This document shows positions 11,041 to 20,625 of a DNA stretch of 64,000 nt, piece by piece. Source of the stretch: an uncultured Thermoproteaceae archaeon. Its GTDB lineage: Archaea > Thermoproteota > Thermoprotei > Thermoproteales > Thermocladiaceae. The notes beneath the pieces are model-generated. The model saw only the letters and a list, made by a program, of their open reading frames with translations. It had not been told where the DNA came from and made no database searches. The position numbers and the translations under genes were made by a program. Each line of letters begins with the position of its first letter. The first letter of the stretch is position 1. The stretch is from assembly GCA_964575955.1 (NCBI GenBank), contig CAZNTG010000009.1, positions 82,404 through 146,403 on the forward strand. Reading direction: 5' to 3'.

Positions 11041-12234
11041 CTAGGTTTTTGCAATATTTATATTTGCATCTTTAACATCTTTCCTATTAACTGTATTATT
11101 TACCTCTTTTCTAGCTCTCTTAAACTCTTTCAATTTCCTCATAGTGTACACTAGCGGATTTTTAACACCACATGAACCTCCTGTTGGGCATAATCCTAAG
11201 CTTTGAAGTTCATCACAGTTTGGTGGTAGGTAGAATTTTCTGCCACCTACGAGACCTGCAATATGCTGTACTTGATATCTAGTCTTTCTTTCATCAAAAT
11301 CTGCAACAGTTCTAAATAGATCTACAACTTTTTCAATAGCATCATTTATATCAACCTTTAGAAGTTTAATGTAGTAGTTTAGTAGAAAACTTGCAACTGT
11401 AAATCTAGCCATGTGGCTTGGATTACCTCCACTTCTAATATCGCTAATTATCGCCTGTATACATGGTGGAAATATTTGATCTTCACTAACTTTACCACTA
11501 ATTTTTGAAATTTCTATTCTAGGTATGAACATCTTCTCTATCTTTCTCAATCTATCTCCAATAATCTCTCTAATACTTGAACATATAATATCATTTTTTG
11601 AAGAATTTTCAATCATATTCAATATCTGCTTTTCTACAGCCTCTTCAACAAGTCTTGCAAGTTCTCTATATGTTAAAAGTACATAGCCCCTAGCTAGATA
11701 TCTGTTAGTTAATTTCCAATTTGGATCATTTTTCGGACGATATTTTAAATATGTCCATACAGGTATTGCAATGTCGAAAAATATGTTAAGTTTTTCACAT
11801 TTTACAACATCTCTAACCTGTCTTGTATATATTCCAAACTCCTCAGCTATATACAATATGCAGTCTCTATCGATTTCTAAACATAGATTATCACTCATAT
11901 ACTTACTTAAGACATCTGCAAATCTAGTCCATACCTTCCTATCTAGCTGTGCAACTATCAATATTGAGAGGTATGTACATATTAGAAATGTCTCAACATC
12001 AGAAAGATATTCTTGAGGAATGCTACCTCTCTTCAATACATGTTCTACAAAATTTACACTTCTCTCAACAATATCTCTATCTTTTAGAAGATCTTCAAGT
12101 ATGTATTTGGATATTCTCTGCTTTCCCTCTCTAGTAAATGGGTATCTAAGTATGAATCTATCATAGTCTTCTAAACATCTTGGCAATATCACGATTATAG
12201 TAGACTTAAATAATATATAAGGTAGCGTTTTCAC
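11041..12234 (-). CDS. priL: DNA primase large subunit
   Basis: RYPF, W.LTNR.L.RGYV, FPPCI, SHMARF, DFDERKTRYQVQHI, PPNC...C...C. Confidence 0.95.
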   Translation of the reverse strand: MKTLPYILFKSTIIVILPRCLEDYDRFILRYPFTREGKQRISKYILEDLLKDRDIVERSVNFVEHVLKRGSIPQEYLSDVETFLICTYLSILIVAQLDRKVWTRFADVLSKYMSDNLCLEIDRDCILYIAEEFGIYTRQVRDVVKCEKLNIFFDIAIPVWTYLKYRPKNDPNWKLTNRYLARGYVLLTYRELARLVEEAVEKQILNMIENSSKNDIICSSIREIIGDRLRKIEKMFIPRIEISKISGKVSEDQIFPPCIQAIISDIRSGGNPSHMARFTVASFLLNYYIKLLKVDINDAIEKVVDLFRTVADFDERKTRYQVQHIAGLVGGRKFYLPPNCDELQSLGLCPTGGSCGVKNPLVYTMRKLKEFKRARKEVNNTVNRKDVKDANINIAKT

Positions 12235-13418
12235 TCAAACTCTATAGTTGCTGGTGGTTTTGGTGTAATATCATAACCAACTGCTGAAACTTCTGGACAT
12301 TCATTAAATACTTTATTAGAAATCTCTCTTAAGTATTGTATTGGTATCTTAGCAACTCTAGCAGTCATAAAGTTGCTAGTTATTACAGCTCTAATAGCTA
12401 TGAAGTACTTTCCTGAACTTCTTCTATCTAATTCATATACTACATGTGCAATATCTGGTCTTCTAGTAGTTATATACATGTATACTCTATACATCTCATC
12501 TTCAGAGAGTTCACCTCTAATCAATGCTATTGGACCATAAACTCTAGAATCACCTTTAACACCTGTACCTCTAGCTTTTGTAAATATGTAAACTTCTAAA
12601 TCTTTCTTAAGACTAGTCTTCAATATTCTTGTCAGATCTTCGTCAATATCATACTCATCTTCCCATATTGCTGCAAACCATTGACTTAATGAGAATTTTT
12701 CTAACATCTTCTCAACAATATCATGAGCTTTCTTCAAAACTTCAAGCTTTTCAATATAGAACTCTCCAACACATCTAACAAGTAGTCCAGGTCCTGGAAA
12801 TGGTTGTCTATAGACTATCTCATCAGGTATTCCTAAATATTTAGCTACTGCACGTACCTGATCTTTATAAAGTTCTCTTAGTGGTTCTACAACTTTAAAA
12901 CCAAATTCACGTACAGGATCTATACCGACATGTTCAAGAACATTATGTTGTGTCTTTATACCACCTCTAGTCTCAATCCAGTCAGGTGCTATTGTTCCCT
13001 GTACAAGCCATTCACATTTCTTTAAATTTGCAATTTCTGAAAGTGTTTTATAGAAGATCTTTCTAAAAGTTATACGCTTAATCTCAGCATCTTTTAAACC
13101 TCTTAACTCTCTATAAAATCTATCTTTAACATCTATCAACTCTATACTTGGCAATACTTTACGAAGAATATTTACAACCTTCTCAGGTTCATTTAATCTC
13201 ATAAATCCTGTATCTAGAAATATTGGACATAGTTTTTCACCAATTGCACGATATGTTAATACTGCAGCAGTTGTAGAATCAACACCACCACTAACAGCTG
13301 CTAATGCTCTTGTAATTCCTAACTTCCTAATCTCCTCTATACATTTCTGTACAAATTCTTCAGGTTTAAATCCTTCTAAAGCTATTGTAGACATATGCTT
13401 TATGAAGTATATCTTCAA
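12231..13418 (-). CDS. guaAB: GMP synthase subunit B (ATP pyrophosphatase); start probably the internal MSTIALE
   Basis: SGGVDS, QGTIAPD, IKTQHNV, RQPFPGPGL, YDITPKPPATIEFE. Confidence 0.93.
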   Translation of the reverse strand: MKIYFIKHMSTIALEGFKPEEFVQKCIEEIRKLGITRALAAVSGGVDSTTAAVLTYRAIGEKLCPIFLDTGFMRLNEPEKVVNILRKVLPSIELIDVKDRFYRELRGLKDAEIKRITFRKIFYKTLSEIANLKKCEWLVQGTIAPDWIETRGGIKTQHNVLEHVGIDPVREFGFKVVEPLRELYKDQVRAVAKYLGIPDEIVYRQPFPGPGLLVRCVGEFYIEKLEVLKKAHDIVEKMLEKFSLSQWFAAIWEDEYDIDEDLTRILKTSLKKDLEVYIFTKARGTGVKGDSRVYGPIALIRGELSEDEMYRVYMYITTRRPDIAHVVYELDRRSSGKYFIAIRAVITSNFMTARVAKIPIQYLREISNKVFNECPEVSAVGYDITPKPPATIEFE

Positions 13419-13441
13419 GATTAATAAAGATAGTCCTAGGT

Positions 13442-13491
13442 TCAGGCTCGCCCATCGTTCATCAATACTCAGCTACCAACGCGTTCATCAT
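13442..13491 (-). ncRNA. C/D-box guide sRNA
   Basis: Minus strand: ATGATGA-acgcgttggtag-CTGA-gta-TTGATGA-acgatgggcgagc-CTGA (C, D', C', D boxes with 12-13 nt guides). Confidence 0.9.
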
Positions 13492-13549
13492 AACTACGGT
13501 ATATATGTTAAGCACATATTTATAAGTTAGTCCTCTAGAGCACTTATAA

Positions 13550-13870
13550 ATGTCTGAGAGAGATTTAAGAATTGATATAGTTAAAATATTGTTCATACCT
13601 ACAGCATTTGCAATTGTAATATTACCAACAATATTTCTATTAATAATGGTTAAAATACCATTAAGTAAGTATATTTTAAGAATTTTATGGGCATCATGTG
13701 CAACTTGTATATATCTAACGTTTTTAACATCATGTATTATGTATAGGAGGGTTGTATATTTAAAATATAGAGATAATGAAAAAGCTTTGAAGATTAGTAA
13801 ACTTGCTAAGGTAGGAGTACTCATATTTGGAATTGCTATTATTGCACTTTGGATAGTTGTAGTAATATAA
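13550..13870 (+). CDS. Small membrane protein (about 3 TM), unknown function
   Basis: Hydrophobic segments; codon usage like neighbouring genes. Confidence 0.65.
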   Translation: MSERDLRIDIVKILFIPTAFAIVILPTIFLLIMVKIPLSKYILRILWASCATCIYLTFLTSCIMYRRVVYLKYRDNEKALKISKLAKVGVLIFGIAIIALWIVVVI

Positions 13871-13940
13871 GAACTTTCCGTAATGTACAACAGTTACAAT
13901 ATTGCACAAAGTGTAATTACTTCAACATGTAAAGATATAC

Positions 13941-14372
13941 TTGATGATTAAGGTTAGAGATGTAATGTCTAAAAGACTTGTAACAATCTCACCAAAAGCA
14001 ACTTTGAAAGAGGCTGCTGAGACAATGATTAAGAATGGTGTAAGTTTTCTAGTTGTAGTTCAGGATGGTAAGCTTTTTGGTGTTATTTCTGAGAAAGATA
14101 TTGTTAGATGTATTGCTGAAGGTAGAGATGTTAATAGTACAAAGATTGAAGATGTATGTACTAGAGAAGTCATAACTGTCAGAGATGAAGATTCTATACA
14201 GGATGCTGCAAAACTTATGAGAAGTCATAGAATTAGGCATCTAGTGGTTGTAGATTCCAACAAGAATCTTGTCGGTGTATTATCAATTAGAGATCTAGTT
14301 AGAGAGGAGGCAACATTAAAGAAGATTGAAGAATTAACACCTGAACAGCTTGAAGATTGGTGGTTTGGCTAA
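13941..14372 (+). CDS. CBS-domain pair protein
   Basis: VRDVMS, GVISEKDIVR, IRHLVVVD, GVLSIRDL. Confidence 0.93.
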   Translation: MMIKVRDVMSKRLVTISPKATLKEAAETMIKNGVSFLVVVQDGKLFGVISEKDIVRCIAEGRDVNSTKIEDVCTREVITVRDEDSIQDAAKLMRSHRIRHLVVVDSNKNLVGVLSIRDLVREEATLKKIEELTPEQLEDWWFG

Positions 14373-15139
14373 CCTTTCAATCTCTTCTCCTTCTCAAGAC
14401 CTCTCTTAATAGCTTCCATAATCTTTCCCTTAACACCTTCAAATTCTAAAAACTCTATAGTTTCTATAGTTATACCTCCAGGTGTTGCAACCATTGTAAT
14501 GATATCATCAGGCTTTTTCTCAAGTAGGTGCTTTCCTGTACCTATCAGTATGTTTGCAATAACTTTCAATGATGTCTCTCTATCAATTCCAGCAAGTACA
14601 CCACTCCAAGCTAGTGCATCTGCAATATATGCAATAAGTGCAGGTGTTACACCTGTAAGCATTGTGTATGCAGGCATGAGCTTTTCAGGAACTTCAATAA
14701 TAATACCAGCACCTTCTAACAACTTTTTAACTAGTTCAATATCACTTCTGGAAGTATTTCTACCTGGTGTTAATGCAATGACAGCATGTCTAACACGAAT
14801 ATTTATGTTAGGCATAAGACGTATAACTCTAGATTCAGGAAATAACTTCTCAATCTCATCTGTTGATAATCCTGCAACAATAGAAATTATCAATCTACCT
14901 TTAGCAAGATTACCAATCTCATTTGCAAGATCAGAAACATCTTGTGGACGTACAGATATAAACCATATATCACAAATCTCAGCAACTTCACGAGCAGAAT
15001 TACCTATATGAAAACCACGTTCACGAGCTAGTCTAAGTCTATCCTCAACAACATCATACACAACAACATCACATTTTTCACGAAAAACTTCTGCAAATGC
15101 CTCACCCATCTTACCATAGCCAAATAATCCCAATCTCAC
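14369..15139 (-). CDS. proC: Pyrroline-5-carboxylate reductase
   Basis: GYGKMG, SVRPQD, SIVAG, RLMPN, VATPGGIT. Confidence 0.93.
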   Translation of the reverse strand: MRLGLFGYGKMGEAFAEVFREKCDVVVYDVVEDRLRLARERGFHIGNSAREVAEICDIWFISVRPQDVSDLANEIGNLAKGRLIISIVAGLSTDEIEKLFPESRVIRLMPNINIRVRHAVIALTPGRNTSRSDIELVKKLLEGAGIIIEVPEKLMPAYTMLTGVTPALIAYIADALAWSGVLAGIDRETSLKVIANILIGTGKHLLEKKPDDIITMVATPGGITIETIEFLEFEGVKGKIMEAIKRGLEKEKRLKG

Positions 15140-15259
15140 ACATAGTGTTCAAGACGTGAGATATATAACTGTTAAATATTTCAATTATACTAAAATCATG
15201 AAGAATATGAAATTCTCTCTAAGACAATAACATGAATATAAATATGTAAAATATCGAGA

Positions 15260-15589
15260 ATGCATATGAATACTAACTGCAAATCTAGTAAGATAGATAT
15301 AACACATATAGAAAAGATTATTGAAGACATTATAGATAACATAAGACTTGATAAGGGGTTTAAAAGAAGACTAGTTAAGATATTGCGGAGGTATGATAGT
15401 TTTGACTACAAGAAATTTATAACATCACTAGAAGATTATATGCATGTTAGAAGTATAGTAACGATGTCGATAGTTAAGATATTGAAAGAAGATTTTGAAA
15501 GAGAGGAATGTAGAGAAATTGTAATAAATAAGATAGATAGCATAATTGAAAGATTGACAAGGTGTGAAAGTATTATTAAAAAATCATAA
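15260..15589 (+). CDS. Hypothetical helical protein
   Basis: 109-aa ORF filling an intergenic gap; typical codon usage. Confidence 0.55.
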   Translation: MHMNTNCKSSKIDITHIEKIIEDIIDNIRLDKGFKRRLVKILRRYDSFDYKKFITSLEDYMHVRSIVTMSIVKILKEDFEREECREIVINKIDSIIERLTRCESIIKKS

Positions 15590-15614
15590 AAATACATCTT
15601 AAGATGTTAGAAGT

Positions 15615-16148
15615 ATGGACTTTGATACAGCAAAAATTCTCGCAGCTATTGGTGCACTCCTGATAGCTATTGGTGTAATTAGTAGAGGTATATTGTCGAT
15701 AGTTGGTGGTATCTTATGGCTTATAGGAGTATACTATATGGCTAAGATAAAAGGTTCTCATGAGCTATTTGACACAGCATTAAAAAGTGCACTATTCATA
15801 ATAATAGGCTTTGCACTATTCCTAGCAATAGTATACACATTTGGACTAGGATCAATAGCAATGAACATATTTACAGGAGGTATAGCAATACCATTACTAC
15901 CACTAGCACTAGCAATATCAATACTACTAGCAGTAATATCACTATGCATATGTCTAATAGTATCAGCAATATACTACAAAAAACATAGCGACTTAATATC
16001 AAACATGTTTAACGAAAATCTTGCAAAAATAAGCGGAATACTAATGCTAGTAGGAGCACCATTAATAATAATATTTATAGGGCTCATACTAATATTCATA
16101 GCATGGCTAATAATGGCAATAGTACTATTCAAAATAAAACAACAATAA
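15615..16148 (+). CDS. DUF996-like membrane protein
   Basis: AKILAAIGALL N-terminus and IIFIGLILIFIAW.I.AI..F C-terminus. Confidence 0.7.
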   Translation: MDFDTAKILAAIGALLIAIGVISRGILSIVGGILWLIGVYYMAKIKGSHELFDTALKSALFIIIGFALFLAIVYTFGLGSIAMNIFTGGIAIPLLPLALAISILLAVISLCICLIVSAIYYKKHSDLISNMFNENLAKISGILMLVGAPLIIIFIGLILIFIAWLIMAIVLFKIKQQ

Positions 16149-16289
16149 TTCAAAATAGATAGTAACTTTATGAGACTAATATCGGAATAGGACATCCTAG
16201 CAATTGTATAGCTAACAACGTGCTCATCGATAATCCTCATTAGATAGTTAAACGTTAGTGTATGCATATGTCATACAATGATAAGATAA

Positions 16290-16437
16290 ATCTAGCTGCA
16301 CAATTAGAAAGAATAGATCAAAATTAACAATGGGGAGTTAGAAGATGAGTACAGGATAATATAAGACCTATAAGGAATCTCATAGATTTAATATGTTCAA
16401 GAGGGAAGAGGTTTATGAAAGTATTAGGACTTTATAA
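16290..16437 (+). pseudogene. Possible degraded RelE/StbE-type toxin fragment
   Basis: Frameshifted pieces read W-G-V-R / E-Y-R-I-I-* / F-K-R-E-E-V-Y-E, resembling the RelE C-terminal pattern RxRxGxYRIIY...RxxVY. Confidence 0.3.
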
Positions 16438-16498
16438 TCAAGGTGGTCTTAAAATGCTACCTATGCATAATCTCAAATTAACTTCTTCACATGCTAGG

Positions 16499-16546
16499 TC
16501 AGTGCCGGAAACCTTCTTCATCTTTCTGTTGCAGGACTTTCATCAT
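16499..16546 (-). ncRNA. C/D-box guide sRNA overlapping the radA stop codon
   Basis: ATGATGA-aagtcctgcaa-CAGA-aag-ATGAAGA-aggtttccggca-CTGA; the radA TGA lies in the C box. Confidence 0.85.
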
Positions 16547-17520
16547 GCATCTTCTATTCCTTTGTCTGTTATTCTGAATGTTGCTGTTGATTTATATGGT
16601 AGTCTTGGGCTGTCTAGTACTTCCATTATTCTTACATCATCTCTTGACTTTTTTAGGAATAGTCTATGTGTTACTGCGTGTGCTAGTACGTTTCCTCCTG
16701 CTGGTCTTTTAACTTCTATATATCCTAGTGGTATGTCTATTACTTGGTTTGTCATTACTATGAATATGTTGTATACTTTTGCTATTCTCATAAGCCAGTC
16801 TAGTATGTAGTTTAGTCTTTGTTGTCTTTCTGCTAGTCTTTCTCTACCTTTAAATTCTGCTCTATATAGTGCAATTATGGAGTCTATCACTATTAGTTTT
16901 ACGTTGTTCTGTTCTACAAGTTTTACAAGATCAAACTTTATCCTATCTTCAAGATCTGAAGCATTTACAACCTTTATAACATATATGTTATCTAGAGCTT
17001 GTTGTGGATCTATTCCAAATCTCTTCGCAATTGCCTCTATTCTAGATGGTGAAAATGCCTCTTCAGTATCTATGTATGCACATGCACCCTGTACACCACC
17101 TTTATCTCTTGGTAATTGTACAGTAACTGCAAGTTGATGACATATCTGTGTCTTACCTGTACCAAACTCACCAGCAAATTCATAAGTTGCTTTAGGTTCT
17201 AAACCACCATTAAGTAGTCTATCTATAGATTTGACACCAGTAGTCAATCTAGGCATATCTTGAATAGTTTTAACAAGTTCACTACCTTTCAAAACTCTCT
17301 TCTGACCAAAAACAAGCTCTCTAGCACTTCTCAAAATCTTCTCAGCTCTATCAGGAGTCATATCAGTAATATCAATCAACTCTTCAGGAGTAAACAATGC
17401 TAAATGTCTAGCAGATATGATACCCTTAGCCTGTAACATCTGAGCAGTCTTAGGACCAATACCATCAACATCTTCAAGATCGTATCCTGTACCTTTACCA
17501 CCCACATGTAGGATAGACAA
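16543..17520 (-). CDS. radA: DNA repair and recombination protein RadA
   Basis: N-terminal HhH (GIGPKTA), GEFGTGKTQ Walker A, YIDTE, IDSIIALYRAEF.GR..LAERQQ, GGNVLAH. Confidence 0.97.
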   Translation of the reverse strand: MSILHVGGKGTGYDLEDVDGIGPKTAQMLQAKGIISARHLALFTPEELIDITDMTPDRAEKILRSARELVFGQKRVLKGSELVKTIQDMPRLTTGVKSIDRLLNGGLEPKATYEFAGEFGTGKTQICHQLAVTVQLPRDKGGVQGACAYIDTEEAFSPSRIEAIAKRFGIDPQQALDNIYVIKVVNASDLEDRIKFDLVKLVEQNNVKLIVIDSIIALYRAEFKGRERLAERQQRLNYILDWLMRIAKVYNIFIVMTNQVIDIPLGYIEVKRPAGGNVLAHAVTHRLFLKKSRDDVRIMEVLDSPRLPYKSTATFRITDKGIEDA

Positions 17521-17551
17521 AGAGAAAATATATACCCAATCTACAAAATAA

Positions 17552-17601
17552 TCAGACGGGTTACCAACTCTTCATCTCTCTAGAAGCATGCGGCTCATCA
17601 T
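17552..17601 (-). ncRNA. C/D-box guide sRNA upstream of radA; D' guide complementary to tRNA-His
   Basis: ATGATGA-gccgcatgcttc-TAGA-gag-ATGAAGA-gttggtaacccgt-CTGA. Confidence 0.85.
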
Positions 17602-17694
17602 ACAGACATTATAGAACTTGAAAATACTAATAATTTTCTCACATAGAGATTCTAACATTAAATACTTATTAATCAGACAAGTATTACAGACATA

Positions 17695-19068
17695 ATGAGT
17701 AAGAAAGAAAATAACATAATAATAAGTATGGCAATACTACTTACAACAATAATACTAACATTAACAATCTCAACAACATATGCACTTCCAACAAGATGCT
17801 ATTGGAATATTGTAAAAACATTAAATACAGTAAGCGAAAAACTGTATAAGGAGATATCAAAGGAGTTAAATATAAAAAATATACACAATACACTAGTATT
17901 AACAAATGTTAAGTATATAACAGTAGGAGGATACTCTCTATATCCACTAACATACTACTTCATATTAAATGAATTTGAAATACCGTACAACTTAATACCA
18001 ATACACTCAATATCTATAGAAAATCCATGGATATTCACATATAACAACAGTACGAAATATGCAATATTTGTAGAATTTAATAGAACATGTATATATGATA
18101 TATTGAAAAGCTTATGTAGTGGTGAGATATCTAGTAGAGATGCTTCATATAGAATATATAATGAATGTATTATAAAATTTGACAAATTTAACTTCAACAT
18201 ATCGAAAATATTGTATAGAGGTTTAGAAAATCCTAATCTAGAGTGGAAGTACATTACAACACATACTAGTGAAGATTCTGCATTTTCAATAATTACAATA
18301 ACGACAGTATGGTCACATGGAGCACCTCCTGAACTCTTTCTAGCAGCTGAGTTACACAATCATATTTGTCCTGGACTCTTATCAGGATATTTGATGTATA
18401 GATATTTAATATTGAGAAAGTTGCTAAAGGAGGGTTATAAGGTCTACATAATAGCATCTCCAGTATATTGTAAAGATGATGTATATGTACAACTTCTAGA
18501 TGCTACACCTGGCAAGAGGAGAATTGTTGTTAAATTACTAAATTGGACAGAACAAGATGAGATTTCTAAAATTCTTGGAGGTAATGTTGCAGGTATTGTA
18601 ATAATGTATAATGAGCATACAGATAGTGGTGTTGCATATATATTAGCATTTAATTGGACTAAAGTACACATATATTTGAAGAAGTTTAAAATATCATTTC
18701 ATGGATCAACATGGTGGATTTCTAGAATTATAGCTGATATATACATGTTGAAATATATTAACAATCCTAGCTATTTTGTAAAAATATTAAAGATAATATA
18801 CTTTAAAGGTCATGTATGGAGATATCCATCACTATTCTATAAGTTAGGATTAGCAGGTAGAGATCCATATGTAGTTCTTGGAGTATTGAAAATTTCAAAA
18901 CCTGCATTAAAATCTCATAAATATACTCCAACTATAGTGAAGACTTCTAGATATGTTAGTAGATATAGTGTAAGTATATTTATACCAATAGTTGAGGGTA
19001 TAGTTATAGCTATCCTTATTGCACTATGTTCATACCTATATGTTAAGTATAGAAGTCTAAAGAGGTAG
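17695..19068 (+). CDS. FmdE-family protein with signal peptide and C-terminal TM anchor
   Basis: ELHNHICPGLLSG, YCKDD, ATPGK; hydrophobic N- and C-termini. Confidence 0.85.
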   Translation: MSKKENNIIISMAILLTTIILTLTISTTYALPTRCYWNIVKTLNTVSEKLYKEISKELNIKNIHNTLVLTNVKYITVGGYSLYPLTYYFILNEFEIPYNLIPIHSISIENPWIFTYNNSTKYAIFVEFNRTCIYDILKSLCSGEISSRDASYRIYNECIIKFDKFNFNISKILYRGLENPNLEWKYITTHTSEDSAFSIITITTVWSHGAPPELFLAAELHNHICPGLLSGYLMYRYLILRKLLKEGYKVYIIASPVYCKDDVYVQLLDATPGKRRIVVKLLNWTEQDEISKILGGNVAGIVIMYNEHTDSGVAYILAFNWTKVHIYLKKFKISFHGSTWWISRIIADIYMLKYINNPSYFVKILKIIYFKGHVWRYPSLFYKLGLAGRDPYVVLGVLKISKPALKSHKYTPTIVKTSRYVSRYSVSIFIPIVEGIVIAILIALCSYLYVKYRSLKR

Positions 19069-19070
19069 TT

Positions 19071-20225
19071 CTACACCATCTCATGTAGTATCTTCTCAAT
19101 CTCTTCATAAGTTATTTTACATGGTGTTAAATCTATTAGATGTTTTGAAGCTTCTTCAGTTATCTTAACAATAGTCTTAATATCGTCTTTACCAAATCCT
19201 AAGTATGATAAGCTAGTCTTTATTCCATACTGTTCAGATATTGATTTTAAGAAATATTCAACTCTTCTATACTCTTCTGATCTAAGTTTTAAGTCTGGTA
19301 TAAATTCTTTAAGTATTGTAAACTTTTCAGGACATTTCATATATAGGTATGATATTAATTTTGGACCTAGAACTGCAAGTCCAAGACCATGTGCAATTTC
19401 AGGTTTTATACCACTTACTGCATGTTCTACAGCATGTACTATGTGTGTTCTTGAATTATCTATACATATACCTCCTATAAGTGCTGAATACATTAACCAA
19501 TATCTAGCCTCTATATCATCACCATTAAAGTATGCTCTAGGTAGATATTGTAAAATTAATTTCATACCTTGACTAGCTAAAACTCTAGTGAATGGTGATG
19601 TTGCAATACTTGTAGATGACTCAAGACAATGGTAGAATGCGTCAATACTTGTATAGACTGTCTGATCTCTAGGTAGTGTTTTCGTAAGTTCAGGATCATC
19701 TATAGATATTGTTGGATAGAAATTTTCATCTGCAATACCTTTCTTAATCATACTTCTCTCATCTGTAAGTACTGCATATCTATCAGCTTCAGAACCTGAA
19801 CCATGTGTCAAATTTATCACTACTAGAGGAATCTTACCACTAGAAACTTCACCTCTAAATAACTCACTAACACTCTTACCTGAATAGTATGCAGCTGCAA
19901 CAACTTTAGATACATCAATAACTGAGCCACCTCCAATGCATATTATTAAACTTGGCTTAACATTCTTACAGAAATCTAATGCTCTTTCAGCAATACTAAC
20001 TGTTGGGTTTGCAGTTACCTCATTAAAAACTTCATATGAAACATTAAGATCTTCTAAAATCTTAACAACCTTATCTAAAGCTCCAGATACTTTTGCACTT
20101 CTCCTACCAGTTATTATTAGAGCTTTTTCAGGTTTTAAAAATTTTATAATATTACTAAGAGATTCTTCGATTATATTAATACCAAAAAATATATCATTTC
20201 TATATCTTAGAATAAACTTCTCCAT
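19071..20225 (-). CDS. Iron-containing alcohol dehydrogenase
   Basis: GGGSVID, NLTHGSGSE, DAFYH, H..EH, HGLG. Confidence 0.93.
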   Translation of the reverse strand: MEKFILRYRNDIFFGINIIEESLSNIIKFLKPEKALIITGRRSAKVSGALDKVVKILEDLNVSYEVFNEVTANPTVSIAERALDFCKNVKPSLIICIGGGSVIDVSKVVAAAYYSGKSVSELFRGEVSSGKIPLVVINLTHGSGSEADRYAVLTDERSMIKKGIADENFYPTISIDDPELTKTLPRDQTVYTSIDAFYHCLESSTSIATSPFTRVLASQGMKLILQYLPRAYFNGDDIEARYWLMYSALIGGICIDNSRTHIVHAVEHAVSGIKPEIAHGLGLAVLGPKLISYLYMKCPEKFTILKEFIPDLKLRSEEYRRVEYFLKSISEQYGIKTSLSYLGFGKDDIKTIVKITEEASKHLIDLTPCKITYEEIEKILHEMV

Positions 20226-20226
20226 A

Positions 20227-20625
20227 TCATCTATATACTACACATCTACAAATTTTAAGATTACTAACTTCAATTTTAACAATATCACCATCAGATATGT
20301 AGTTATAAAATTCTTCATCTATTTTAAACATCGGTATATTTCCCAATATAGATCCTACAAGTGTTAAAAGATCAACATCTACACACATAATTGCTTTTGG
20401 TGCCTTTCCATACTTAGATAATCCATAGAGAATGTATGAACCAACTGTAGAACCTATAGCAAATCTATATACTAGAATACTCTTATCTACACTACCTCTT
20501 CCACATATAGTTCCACTATTAATATCAATATCTCTAAGTAGGTTAATTTTATCAAACTTAACTACCCTACCTGAAATTTCTCCAATATTTGGACAAAATA
20601 TTTTGTAGATCTTAAATATCTTCAT
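20227..20625 (-). CDS. DUF126 / aconitase X swivel subunit (phosphomevalonate dehydratase small subunit-like)
   Basis: GSTVGSYILYGL...GKAP motif. Confidence 0.85.
   Translation of the reverse strand: MKIFKIYKIFCPNIGEISGRVVKFDKINLLRDIDINSGTICGRGSVDKSILVYRFAIGSTVGSYILYGLSKYGKAPKAIMCVDVDLLTLVGSILGNIPMFKIDEEFYNYISDGDIVKIEVSNLKICRCVVYR

Noticed and set aside
13462-13890. 142-aa minus-strand ORF
   Set aside because: Antisense to the membrane-protein gene and runs into a C/D sRNA; no recognisable motifs.
13880-13935. Weak dyads upstream of the CBS gene, and TGACAATGTG shared by the aroK and asnA upstream regions
   Set aside because: Too short and AT-rich to distinguish from chance without comparative data.
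16415-16810. 131-aa plus-strand ORF
   Set aside because: Antisense to the radA 3' end and the sRNA.
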